DNA of 64,000 bases, from NCBI GenBank assembly GCA_026770705.1, contig JANJGN010000189.1, positions 248,001-312,000 on the forward strand. The letters are read 5' to 3'. Made by a program: the position numbers and the translations under genes. Shown here piece after piece: positions 11,745 to 24,311 of the stretch (positions are counted from its first letter, which is position 1; each line of letters begins with the position of its first letter). The stretch comes from Isurus oxyrinchus. Its lineage: Eukaryota. The notes below the pieces were generated by a model, which saw nothing but the letters and a program-made list of their open reading frames with translations, made no database searches and had not been told where the DNA came from.

Positions 11745-14700
11745 CTAGAGAACACACAGAAAGAAATCATCACTGACTCTCCGCTTTCAATCTCTCACTC
11801 TGGCTGAACAATCAAGCTTCATATCACTGCAACATTTGCTGTAATATTGACCCATTCACTGGGATTCAATGTGGAATGAATGTTTTCACTGTAAACACTC
11901 TAAGAGTGGACAATCGGAACTTTCTCCTTAGCGTGGAACATTGGTGAGAATGGATCATTGTGCTGTTGGACTCTCTGTCCAATGTTTCTCTCCATCGCTG
12001 TGTACAGGATTGTGCTGTAGAAAATTCTGGAAACGTTTAGTGCAGGGTGGAAATCCATCTCGGACGCGTGTGCGAATCGGGCAGGATCGAGATGGACTCC
12101 CCCACGGTCTTACACACCCCGCTTAATAAACAGTTCCAATCTTTACCCAGAGAGAGGGGAGAATGTGGAACTCGCTCCCACAGGGAATGGTTGAGGTGAA
12201 TAGTAGCAAATTAGGAAGTGAAATTGCTTGAAAAGCTTGGAGATGCAAGGGTTAAGTGTTACCGTGCTACCACTGGTGGGAGAGTGTAACTACAGCGTGA
12301 TGTTTACATAGGCAATCCCCATTATGAACATGGACATCATGTGAAAAATGGGCACTGGAAAGCTGAGAACTTGATGTAAGCTTTTCAGCAACAGGAATTC
12401 CCTTCCTAAACCTCTCCACTTCCCTCTTACTCTCAGATACTCAAACAAAATTTCATACGAAATCACGTAAGGAGGAATTGGGACAGGTGACTGGTCAAAG
12501 AGTTAGATTTCAGGAAGGTTCTTAAAGTAGGATAGAGAGTTGGAGAGGCAGAGAGTATCTGTGAGTATCTCTGTGCATCTGAGTGTCTGTAATAGACTTT
12601 GCAATTTCCATATTCTTCCATAAATATGAAAGGGAACACAAATCCCAGAATCCAGGTCAACTCTCCGGTGCAGCACTGAGGGAGGTCAGGTAATCCACAG
12701 GGGAGTATGTGCTAGTGTGTTTGTTTGTGAGTGTGTCTTTGTGTGTGCTCATAGATGTGGGATTGTGTGTCTGCAGGTGTCTGTTTAAGGCTGGATATTT
12801 ATGTGTGTTTTTGTAGTGTTTCAATCTGAGAGAGATGTTGAAGTTTGTCTTAACTAACGTTCCACAGTGATGGTTATGAACCCCTCCACTGCTCCATGTT
12901 CATTCTCTGAGCACACTGATAGTCTCCAGTGTCCCTGGATGTAATGTGAGGAATCACCAACCACAGCTCATTGTTGGAACTTGTTCTGTTCATTGTGATA
13001 TTCAGATGTCAGGACCGGACTCAACAAGACAGATTGCAGGTTTACCAACAGAAAGTGAAAAACAATTTATATTTAAAGGGAAGAGAGTGCTGGTTAATCA
13101 GCAAGTGGTCTCTGATTGGAGGAGGTGTTGCCATGGAAAATAATGTGTGTGAGATGTAAAGTTTAGACAGCTTGTCTCTTCATTCAGCAACAATCAAATA
13201 AAGATCAGTTAACTTCTATCGACTGTGAAGCACTTTGAGAGGCATGAGAATGTGGACACTGAGAACGGGCTGCACTGTCAGAGGGTCAGCGCTGAGGGAG
13301 TGCTGATGTAGAATGAAGGGTGTCCGTACTTACCTTGCACATTTAGTACGAGGGTCCGCTCCGATGAAACAGATGGATATCTCACTCTGCAGCTGAGTGT
13401 GTGTCCGTGGTGTTTGAGTGATGGGATCAGGGTCAGAACAGAAGTATAGGTCAGAGTGACACCATGCTGAGTTACAGTGTTTGAGACTGATCCAGGTACG
13501 TCAGTGGGAGTGTCCCAGGTTAAGACAGGTGCTGCTGTTCCATTGCACGTTGTGTTGAAGGTGCAGCTTACATCCACAGGCTTTCCTGCAATAATTTCAG
13601 CAGGGAATATCGTGGGTTTATCTGTGAAATCTAACAGACAGAGAATGGATCCTTTTAGAGAAATATAACGTGAAGCATCAGTTCAAATAGAAATCACAGT
13701 CCCACAAGAAAAAGCACTTTTACAAGGATGATATCAGATCTGAGAGATTACAATGATCAGGAGAGAATTTCCTGCTTTGAGACTTTGGTGTTTCTGTCTC
13801 TCAGCTTAATACACGTTCAGTCCGAGACACTTGAACTGATAATAGTGGGTGAGGGTGAAGGAGCAGACCAGAGTTTGGAGTGCACTACCCCATCATTCAC
13901 TCAGCAATCTGGGCCATTTATTACTCTGCAATTTGTGGGAGCTTGCTGTGCGCAAATTGGCTGCTGTGTTTCTCACATTACAACAGTAAATACAATTCAG
14001 GAATCAGCTCATTGGCTGTGAAGTGATTTGGTCCGTGCTGAGGTGGTGAAAGGTGCTATAGAAATGTGAATCTTTCTTCTGTCGCTATGTCAGACTTCGA
14101 GACAGGATTAGAGAGATCGATGGGAGTGGATAACCTGATAACATTGATGGACACAGTCAATACATTTTATCATTGATATTAAAGTGAGTATTAGAGGTTC
14201 CTTTAGGAGTGAACTGGAAGCTATCACCAGGTTATTGAGAATCAGACAGTGTGTTATAATAAGCTGTGTTTTGTGTTAATATGTAAATGTCATAGTTCGT
14301 GTTATTTCCCATTGAGTGTTGAATGTGAATTGGTGAGTAATTATAACACAGCACTTACCAGAAACGTGAAGCTGGGTTACAGGGTAATAGTTATAGCTCG
14401 GACCATTGTCAAATTCTATTCTGAAAAAATAAGGTCCTGCATCTTCCCGTGTGATGTTGTTTATAATCAGGGAACAGTCGCCATCTTTCAGGTCTCCAGA
14501 CAGCCGGGTCCGATGGTGGAACCGTGGTAACTCGTGACTGTGATCCTTGGAGTGAAAGGCTATAGACGATGTTCTCCATTCCTCATTATTAAGCCAGACT
14601 CCACCTCGCGGTTGGTTTTCCAGACACGATGGATAACTGTAATGACATGGAATCTGTACACAGGAACCTTCCTGCACTGTCACCTCTCGTGGAGTGTCAC

Positions 14701-17700
14701 CTTTCCACTCTTGCGAGGGTTCAGCTGGGGAGAGAAATCTCAATATTTAACTCTGAATGGTTTGTGGATCCACTGAACCCGATATTTACAGATGAGGCTG
14801 AATTGGGGGGATGGTCAATACTGAGGAGAAAGGCAACAAATTATATTGTCAGGAAGAATAGAAAAACAGGATATAATTTAAATGGAGACAGGCTGCAGAA
14901 TGCAGTACAGAGGGATCTGGGTGTCCTTGTACATGAATCACAGAAAGTCAGCATTCAGGAACACCACGGAATGAGGAAGGCAAGTGGAATGTTGGTCTTT
15001 ATTGCAAAGGGATGGAGTATAAAAGGAGGGAAGTCTTGCTACAGCTGCACAGGGTGAGATTGTATCAGGAGCAGTGTGTACAGTTCTGGTCTCCTTACTT
15101 AGGGAGGGATAGACTTGCATTGGAGGCAGTTCAGAGGAGGTTCACTGGGCTGATTCCTGGGATTAAAGGGTTTGTCCTGTGAGGAAATGTTGAGCATGTT
15201 GGGCCTGTATCCATTGGAGTTTAGAAGAATGAGGGGTGACATTATTGAAACATATCCGATTCCGAGGGGGCTTGACAGGGTGGATGCTGGGAGGATGTTT
15301 CCCCCTCGTGGGGGAATCTAGAACCAGGGAGCACAGTTTCGGAATGAGGGCTCTCCCATTTAAGACTGAGGTGAGGAGGAATTTCCTCTCTCAGAGGGGC
15401 GCTAGCCTGTGGAATTCTCTTCCCCAGAGAGCAGTGGAGGCTGGGCCATTGAATAGACTCAAGGCTGAGTGAGGCAGGTTTTTGATCGACAAGGGAGTCA
15501 AGGGTTTGGGGGACAGGCAGGAAAATGGAGTTAAGGCCACAACCAGATCAGTGAGAGCCGGCTCGAGGGGCCGAATGGCCTGCTCCTGTCCCTATTTCTT
15601 ATGTTCCTACATTCTTACCTTCTTAAAATATTAAAGCTGCAGAATAAACATGCAAGTGACTGACCCGCTCGACCCACCTTCCATCTGGGGGTCCCATGGG
15701 GAGGACCCTTCCTGAGCCAGGTCCACCAGCCAACATGGTCTGGATCCGAGCACAGGAGACATGGGGGGGAGTGACTAACAGGCTCCTTGTGACAGGCCCC
15801 GTCTGTCCAATGGCTGGCTTTCAGCTGCCAAGGCCAGAGTGGTCCTTGCTAAAACCGGCTCAGGACAGGCCAGGACCCCTGTGCAGGCCCCCTCCAGCGC
15901 TGCAGCCTCTGTACAAACCCCTCACGCGCTTGTGGAGAGACACAAACAAGGCTGCACATTACCGAGGAGAATCCCCTCTACGGACTAAGGGGCTGACTCG
16001 TCACCTTAAACTCCGCAAATGAGGAGGCTCTCGCTCGGTATCGGGGCTTGGCATTCGCTCAATAAAAATAATCAAATGACATTTTGGTCAGAAATCGAAG
16101 GAGGTTGCACATTCCCTCAAAAATAAGACTCAAGCTGGGGTCGAGGGTCAAAGGGCAACAACTTATATTTACACAACAACTTTAACATGACAAATCACCC
16201 CAAGGTGCTACACAGGAGCGTCATAAAACAAAGTATGTCACCCAGACACATGTGGAGATATTAGCGACAGCTGACCAGAAGAGGTCGGTGTTATGGAGAA
16301 TCTTCAAAGGGGGATGAAATGGATAGTGAGAGAGAGACAGAGAGATAGAGAGAGTGAGAGAGAGAGATGGAGAGGGGTTGAGGGAGGTTATTACAGAGCT
16401 CGGGTCCCAGGCAGCTGAAGGCACGGCCGCCGATGTTGTAGTGATGGGACCGGGGGATGGTCAAGAGGCTGGAATTGGATGAGCACAGAGACCTCAGAGG
16501 GTTGGAGGAGCTGGAGGAGGTTACAGAGATAAGGATGGTTGTAGTGATTGGAGGAGTTACAGAGATAGGGAGGGTTGTAGGGTCTGGAAAATTTAAGAGA
16601 GATTGGGAGAGTGTAGGGTATGGAGGAGTTCGCAGAGATAGAGAGGTTTGTAGTGGCTGGAGGAGGTTGCAGAGATTGGTAGGTTTGTTGTGCAGGATGA
16701 ATTTACAGATATAGGGAAGCGGTGGAGGCTTGAAGAGGTTACAGAGATAGGGAGGGTTGTAGGTACTGGAGGAGGACGAGGAGATTACAGGGATAGTGAG
16801 GAAACAAAGATGAAAATTTGGACATTGAGACTTTGCTTGACCAGGAGCCAGTCTCGGTCATCGAGCAGAGCGGGTGATAAGGGAATGGGACTTGGTGTGA
16901 GTAAGGACGTGGTCAGCAGTTTTGGATGGCCTCAAGTTTATGGAGTGTAGAGCGTGTGTTGGAACAGTCGAGTCTGGAGGTAATGAAGGCGTGGATGAGG
17001 GTTTCAGCAGCAGATGAGCTGAGACAGGGTGATGTCGTGCGATGTTACGGAGGTGGAAACAGACGGTGTTAGTGAGGGCGCAGATATGAGGCCGGAAGCT
17101 CATCTCAGGATCAAATGGGACAACAAAGCTGTGAACAGATTGGCTTCAATCTCAGAGAGCTGCCAGGGAGAGGAATGGAGTTGGTAGCGAGGGAACAGAG
17201 TTTGGAGCGGGGAATGAAGACAATGGCTTCAGTCTTTCCAATATTTAATTGGAGGGAATTTCTGCCCATCCAGTACTGGATGTCGGATAAGCAGCCTGAT
17301 AATTTAGCAGCAGTGGAGGAGTCGAGAGAGGTGGTGGTGAGGTAGAGCTGGGGATCCTCAGTGGACAGGTGAAAACTAACACTGTTCAGATGATGCTGCA
17401 AAGCCATTGCAAGTGATTCTCTGGCTACGATGAGATGGATAAGAATGGAGCCAGGGGAGAGCAGTCCCACCCAGCTGGACGACAGTGGAGAGGTGTTGGA
17501 GGAGGATGGTGTGGTCGAGCGTGTCAAAGGCTGCAGACAGATCGAGAAGGACGAGGAGGGAAAGTTGACCTTTGTCACAGTCACACAGGATGCCATTTGT
17601 GACCTTGATAAGAGCTGTTTCAGCACAGTGGCTGGGGTGGGAACCTGATTGGAGGGATTCAAACATGGAGTGCCAGGAAAGATGGGAACGGATTCAGGAG

Positions 17701-20700
17701 ATGGAAACACGTTCAAGGACTTTGGAGGGGAACGAGAGGCTGGAGATGGGACGGGGGTTTACACGGACAGTGTGAGGGGTGGAAGGTGTAGTGGGGAGGA
17801 GATACTTCACTCAGGGGGGAGGTGTCATCACCCCTCAGCTCGGTTTAGGTTACAGCTATGATGTGGATACAATCACACACAATAAGCTCATGGATCTGGG
17901 AGCAGAAATAGACAAATCATTAAAAATAGTGACGCTGGTTAACACGGCCAAAAAACAAGCAAATCAAACACTATTATTTCCCATTGAGTGTTGGATGTGA
18001 ATTGGTGAGTAATTATAACACAGCACTTACCAGAAACGTGAAGCTGGGTTACAGGGTAATAGTTATGGCTCGGACCATTGTCAAATTCTATTCTGAAATA
18101 ATAATATCCTGCATCTTCCCGTCTGATGTTGTTTATAATCAGGGAACAGTCGCCATCTTTCAGGTCTCCAGACAGCCGTGTCCGTTGGTGGAACCGTGGT
18201 AACTCGCGATTGTGATTCTTGGAGTGAAAGGCTATGGTCCCTCTAGACCTTGTATTCCATGTATTCCATGTGTACCGTTTCACGTACCAGATTCCGACAC
18301 GTGCTCGCCCTACTACATGTGCTGGATAACTGTAGTTACATGGAATCTGTACACACGAACCTTCCTGCGCTGTCACCTCTCGTGGAGTGTCAACTTTCCA
18401 CTCTTGTGACAGTCCAACTGGGGAGAGAAATATCAATATTTAACTGTGGATGGTTTGTAGATCCACTAGACTCGATATCCACCCCCTCCTTCACGGGGTC
18501 AGAGTGGCTGCAGTGTGGACCATCTACAGGACACACAGGGATCTCCCCAATGGTTCACAATGGATGGAAGAGAATCCTGGACACAAAAGCGGAAATATTC
18601 ATGCTACATTGGCTCATGGTGCTCAGGACCCTATTTGTGTACAAACCTGCTCTGCAACAGAACTGAAGTTGGGGAAAATCCATTTGGAATTCCACTGTCC
18701 AGGGCATTGGGTTAACTTGCTAAGTTTGTTTTAAATCTAACATTTATTTTTGGTCTGTTGCCTTAAAGGAAGTGTAACTGGGAGTCAGGTTAATTAGGAA
18801 TTTTAGGAGTTATTATAGCAGTCATTGTAGTCTTACGTACGTGCTTGAAATCTTTTATTTTGATGACAAATATTTTAATTTATTGTTTTAAATCTCTAAA
18901 TGTCTTGATGGAGTTATTGCTTCTGAATTCAGTGCACAATCATAACAAATACAAATTGCAAAATCATTATGACAGTGTGACCAAGTTTCTCTCATGGACT
19001 TGGTCTGCCTGGCACACATCACCTGCCAAGTGATAACACTGTTGTAATATGCCTTTCAGGGACAGCAGCATGACATCACTCGAGGGGAAGTGTGTCATGT
19101 GATTTTTAGGAGTTGGGCTTGGCTTAAGGAAGCTCTCTGTGTATTTGTGTGCGTTAGGCATAAGGTCTATCTTTAAGTTCAAGTTTAGTTTGTATTTCTG
19201 TATTTGGGTGTTTAGAAAAGGGGGAACTTGACGTAAAAAGAAGCCAGCATTCCATTGAGGTTTTATGACTGTTGAAGGGAAGTCAAAACAAATACAAGGT
19301 GTAAGAAACTGTGCTGTTGCCTAGCAACAGTGATCCATAGGGAAGGACCTACAGAGACCGAGAAAAACAGAAAAGTACTTTCAGTTCTGTTGAAAGGAGT
19401 TGCCAGGAGAAGCAGCAAAGGAGCGGGACAGATAGTCAGTCCCAAAGTAAAGATGAAGCGAAAACCATCGAGTGGAACAGGAGAAAGGGCCCAAGAAAAC
19501 CTTCTAGTCAAATCTGTAAAAGGCCCTGTTAAGTGAAGTTAAGAGTGAGGAGCAGAAGAAGGCTTCAAGCTTAAAGGAAGAAGCAGCAGGACACAGGCCT
19601 AAAGCAAAATAGGCTTGTGAGAAGCCAGAAGATCCTAGGAGACACCACAGGTTGGTGACTCATTACTACGGCCATGTGAAGCCATGGTGTTCCATTGACA
19701 CGGCTGAGCATTGGAGAGACAGGGCGTGGAAGGAAGGCTGAATGCACGTGGCGATCCAGGGGGCAGGAACATGGGAAGGAGAGTTTGAAATAGTGAAAGT
19801 GGACCCGTGTGGAAGGTGTCTGAGTGAAAGTGTCATGTTGGAGAAGATTCCAAAGTGAGTTCTTGGAGAGTGGAGATTGGAAACCCTCATATGAAAGAAG
19901 CTTTTCAGTGAGACTGGTTGGCTCACAGTGTAACAAGCGTCTGGGGACAGATGAGACATAGAATTTGTTTCAAGTGGGCTCTGCCACTTGGTTTAAGAGT
20001 GTGGTGTCCCTGACCACAGGTCGTCTATTGGTTTACATCGACTGTGTAGTTAGTGTGAACATGAGAGTATAAGATAGTTATTGTAACTTGTGTTATCTTT
20101 GTGAATCTGTATATATCTGCAAAGATATAGGTCTGGGTGAAGGAGTAATGTAATATAGTTTGTCTTTCCTAGTTTAATAAATGTTTTATTCTTTTGTTAG
20201 AAGTTCATCAGATGATTCCTGTGACTCTGTTCAGTAGCCGCACTCCACATTCCTAAATAAAAAATAAAAGTTAGGACCTATCAAACTGAGTTCCACCCTG
20301 GGATCTGACTTGCCCAGTAGTAACATCAGCTGGGATGATAACACCATCCAGTCCAAGTTTCACTTTGGCCTGTGAGCAGAACACAGCTCACAGTTTGGCT
20401 GCAGGTGTCTCCCAGCTTTCTATCCTTGTATATCTGTTCTCATGTCCCCATTCTAAATAAATGAACCCACAATGTATTTACCCAATTCCGAATCAGTGGC
20501 TGGTGCCTTTATATCATTATAAAAACACAACATGGTGATCAGCGGTGGCCAAACATTCTGGCAGCAAGATTCAGTACAGGTATGACGTGGTGAACAGCCT
20601 TAGATCGAGATACATGACATGAGACGACCCTCGAAACTTTGGTCAGACCACAACAGAGACATAGCATCAGAGAGGGTTGAAATCGCAGTGTACTGACTGC

Positions 20701-23700
20701 TCAGGAAACCTTTGAAGACACAGTGACGGGAAAGAGCTCAAGTAAAGAGCTGGGGAGCAGACGGATCCCTCGTGGTGAGATTACAGCACACGGCCTGTAG
20801 GTCAGTGAGTGGGACAGTGTGTATCGCCAGGACCAGCAGCGGGTTAGCTCAGTCAGGGAAGGCGAGTGACCAGGGTGTGGGCTGGATCGATAGTGAGCAA
20901 GGGAGAGTCAAACACACAAAACCATTATAAAAATCAGCCCAGAGAAGTTAGTGATTATAACGGGCGGCTTCGAGATTGCTGAACAGCAAATTAAATAAAA
21001 AACAAAGACTCCATTACTCCGTGGTGTGTTCCTGCCACAACCCGTCTCCGTGGGCGGTGCTTCGGAAAAGCACACGAAAGGGGCTAAAGCGACACTCATC
21101 CCAGATCCTGTAGGAGAAGGAATGTCAAACGAATATTATCAGAATGTCCACGAAATTCCCCAGTTTGAACTGGGATGTAGCTGACCGACTATCTGAATTC
21201 AGAATGTTTAAACAGCGTACAGAGCTCTGGTTTCCTGATTCAGGTGTGACTGAACCAGACGAGCCACCCATAAAAATTCACCTCGCGATTGGGAATGAAG
21301 GTCTACACAGGCTGAACACGTCAGGATTAACAGCAGAAGAGCGAAAGGATCCCCAATAGATATGGACGATATTGGAAGACAGGTTCAGAATCAGGTTAAA
21401 CTCCATATTCATCAACTAGAGTTTATGTCATTTCATCAGCCTTCACAATCCATAGACCACTTCATCAGCCGATGTAGAGAAAAGGGTACGCACTGTGATT
21501 TCAAACACAGAGCCTGCAGACACAGTTGTTGAGTTGGTGATCGCATCCACTCCCATGGAAGCCTTCCAGAAAGATCTGCTAGATAAGACCAAAACCTATA
21601 GCATTGAAGAGCTACTCAAGGATGGACATAAATACGAAGTGATCCTCGCAGGTCAACAAGCTTACAGGTCCTCAGTAAACATCAGTTGTTGACACACTCA
21701 CTAGAACATCCAAACCTAGTGAGACGTGTGGAAGGTGTGGCCTTCTTCAGGCACCAAGGAAATGCCCAGCTTTCCACCAATCCTGCAAGGCTTGTGGCAG
21801 AAAGGGCCATTGACAGCGGCAGGGCACTAGAGCAAAGGCTGATGCAGTTACAAAGAGCCGTGCGCTGATCCAAACAGACCCTACACAATGGGGAACCTTC
21901 AAGCAATAAGAATGACCATCCGCTATCCCATCAGGAACATAGACATGTGGTGATTGACAAACCAGGAAATGGCGATGATGTGCATGGCGAGACGAGGAGC
22001 GGTGATCGATATTCCACCTCTCACACATATCCTGACGTGGCTTGCCAATAAGTTGTGAATTGTGGTCTTTATTGATCTCTCTGGGCACATCGAATAAACT
22101 GAAAATGTCCCATAGGGGTGGGATTTTCTGGCCCCACCCACTGCCAGGATTGTCCGGTCCGGCCGAAAGCCAATGGATTTATGTCTGTCCCTGTCTCAGA
22201 AACTACCCCATTACCTCTGTTCATGACATAACATTGAAATATGCAGAAAGATTCAACAATATTGGCAGTTTCAAGGGAGCTGCATCATTACACCTGCAGG
22301 AGAATGCAAGTCTGTCAGACTCCTTGCATTAAAATTAATACAATCCAACTTTGTCACACTATCCTGTGCCTTAACTGGCCAATAATTTCTATGCCTTCCG
22401 GCTTCACTTTCTCTCTCTTCTAATTTTGGCTGTGCCTCTCCCTCTGCTGAACCTCCTCTCGGGATCCCATCCCCTGCCATGTTAGTTTAAAGCCTCCCCA
22501 ATTGCATCAAGGGCAAAATGCCAATTGAAACCAGGGACAACATCCAAGAATGACAATCCCACAGATCACTGTGAGCTTTTAAAGACACCTCCAGACAAGG
22601 TTACCACCACAAGATCTGGGCGTCACAGCAGATCACGTCAATGCGTTAGAGACTCAAATATTAGCAGATCTAAACACTTGTATAATTGTCAAGAAATTTG
22701 AAAATGATACCAGAAACCTCTTGTTCCCTGTCCTTCTCAAAGATCCATCCCTGCAGCGGTAGCCTTAAGAGTTATTGATGTGGGGCTTAATTTATCAGAT
22801 TGTAGAATGATCCGGAAGAGAAGGAAGCCATTTGCCCATCGAACATGTGCTGGGCCTTTGAAAGATCTGTCCAATAAGTCCCACTCTCACCTCTGCTCTC
22901 TCCCCCACAGCCCTGCAAAATGTCCCCTTCAAGTATTTATCCAGTTCCCCTTCTGAAAGTTCCTGTTGAATCTGCTTCCACCGGCCTTTCAGGCAGTGAG
23001 TCAATGGTCTCTCTCTGAGCTGCAAAGTGCTCAGATTCTGTGAAATTTAAACTCTGCAGCAGATCAGAGACAATCATGATAACTCAGAATATTTGACAGT
23101 TTTACACACGGACAGCTTTGCCTTCCTTCTCTCTTTCAGTTATCTTGCTCCCTTATTGAAGTATCTGGCATGGTGAGAATGGACAGGAAGTGTGACACTG
23201 AACAGCCTGTCTATTCTAGGAGCTGCTGTGTTGTCTTCATGGGAAATTCTGACTAAAATCAGCAAAAGACACAAATTTCAGGGCAATGTTATCCGAGTCC
23301 TAACATCGGGATAGACTTCATTCCCCAGTTTTTATCCCTGATTCTCTATGCAGCCGATCGCTCCCCTGTCACTGGCTGAACTACACTGGCTCCCAGTCCA
23401 GCAATGACTCAAATTTCAAATTCTCATCATCGATTTCTTACCCCACCATCCCCCCTCTACACTCTCTATCTGTGTAACCTCCTCCAACCCTAAAACCCTC
23501 TGTGATCTCTGCTCTCCTCCAATTCTGCTGTCAGACAGGGAGTCAGTGTATATCAGTGAGCACAGGGGTGATGGGTGAATGGGACTTGGTGTGAGTTTGT
23601 ACACTGCCTCACTGCTGAATCAGTTCCCAATCAGAGCTCAATAAGAATGATCTTTTACAAAGACTATTCACCATGAATCTGTCCGAGCTGACGATGATAT

Positions 23701-23743
23701 TACCTTGGAGAAGCGACAGGAGGAAGCAAGATTTCCCGATCAT
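11605..23743 (-). CDS. Gene C: putative activating Siglec-like receptor, leader-V-V-C-TM(Arg), 409 aa; join(23704-23743,18031-18417,14359-14724,13334-13630,11605-11744)
   Basis: All exons have GT-AG boundaries and phase 1, giving an open frame of 1230 nt. Siglec Cys pattern and YxFR motif in both V domains. Confidence 0.8.
12859..13010 (-). pseudogene. Pseudo-exon: 3' half of a C2-set Ig exon homologous to 43459-43740
   Basis: Matches ...MNRTSSNNELWLVIPH...GAVEGFITITVE. 5' half and acceptor missing, 1-nt deletion near 12910, donor GTGAGT changed to GTTAGT. Confidence 0.85.
13334..13630 (-). CDS. Gene C Ig C-type exon (Siglec domain-2 type)
   Basis: DFTDKPTIFPAEIIAGKPVDVSCTFNTTCNGTAAPVLTW...LSCRVRY...VLNVQ; 297 nt, phase 1/1; carries the BC-loop Cys for the interdomain disulfide. 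Confidence 0.92.
14359..14724 (-). CDS. Gene C V-set exon V2
   Basis: AEPSQEW...GSCVQIPC...DCSLII...DAGPYFFRIE; 366 nt, phase 1/1; essential Arg present. Confidence 0.93.
14785..15605 (+). mobile_element. CR1 LINE 3' fragment (paralog at ~51075-51905)
   Basis: RDLGVLVHESQKVS, FLSQRGASLWNSLP and the typical CR1 3' tail. Confidence 0.85.
16820..17770 (-). mobile_element. L2-type LINE RT fragment (paralog at ~53000-53950)
   Basis: ETALIKVTN, LLVLLDLSAAFDTLDH, LQLNIGKTEAIVF; frameshifted. Confidence 0.85.
18031..18417 (-). CDS. Gene C V-set exon V1 (includes end of signal peptide)
   Basis: VGLSQEW...GSCVQIPC...DCSLII...DAGYYYFRIE; 387 nt, phase 1/1; essential Arg present. Confidence 0.93.
19043..20343. 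mobile_element. Solo-LTR-like element (paralog at ~55215-56505)
   Basis: TGTAAT...ATAACA termini, internal AATAAA near the right end, no coding capacity. Confidence 0.5.
21144..22320 (+). mobile_element. Degraded Ty3/Gypsy gag-like remnant (paralog at ~57310-58490)
   Basis: SEFRMFKQRTELWF...IHLAIGNEGL...; the same premature stop after KDPQ in both paralogs, so it was dead before the duplication. Confidence 0.6.
23704..23743 (-). CDS. Gene C leader exon MIGKSCFLLSLLQ
   Basis: acaATG start, donor CAAG|GTAAT, phase 1. Completes the signal peptide with VGLSQ of V1. Upstream acceptor at 23786-23787. Confidence 0.85.
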
Positions 23744-24029
23744 TGTCCACTCCCAGATATTTCCCCAGCTTCTAACTCTGAAGTTCTGAAAGAGAAAGGA
23801 GTTAATGAGACCTCACCTCTTGTCCGACAGCTCTCGAGAGATCAGAACTGCTTTTAGACAATATCTTCACAGACTAATTTGATTCTCTGTGGGATGATAG
23901 GTGCTCTGCAGAGAGTTACAAGGCTTTAAGAAAGAAAAGCAAGGAAGGACTTGCATTTCCATAGCACCTTTCACCTCCTCAGGGTGTCCCAAAGCTCATG
24001 TCTCTGCAATTCCTCATCCCTTTGGTGCC

Positions 24030-24240
24030 AAGACTGTGGTTGAATGGCCTCATCCTGTTCCTGTGTAACAGATTCAAGGTGGCTAAATAGGCCTCTTCCT
24101 TTTCCTGTGTGACAGGCCTGAGGGGGCTGAATGGCCTCCTCTTGTTCCTGTGTAACAGGCTCGAGGGGCTGAATGGCCTCCTCCTGATCCTGTGTAACAG
24201 GCTCGAGGGACTGTATGGCCTCCTTCTGTACTGTAACCTT
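24030..24240. repeat. ~42-bp tandem repeat derived from the CR1 3' tail
   Basis: About 4-5 copies of gtgtaacaggctcgaggggctgaatggcctcctcctgttcct. Confidence 0.75.
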
Positions 24241-24311
24241 GTTGCTGTAACTGCCTCTTTTGTTTCATTCAGCTGAATCTTCAGCTCTTTAGTCTATTCC
24301 TTTTATCTCTT

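Noticed and set aside
11561-11773. Listed Cys-rich ORF MMISFCVFSRQWRR... (also 63016-63228)
   Set aside because: Wrong frame; the phase-1 TM frame has a proper acceptor and a coherent protein
17939-18030. Read-through tails after V exons (GKCCVIITHQF...) as secreted isoforms
   Set aside because: Intron sequence behind a strong GTAAGT donor; conservation is explained by duplication and there is no transcript evidence
23786-23910. Extra 5' UTR exon ending at a GTGAG donor at 23815-23816 (paralog near 59985)
   Set aside because: It would leave a 31-nt intron before the leader exon, which is implausibly short; unresolved without RNA data
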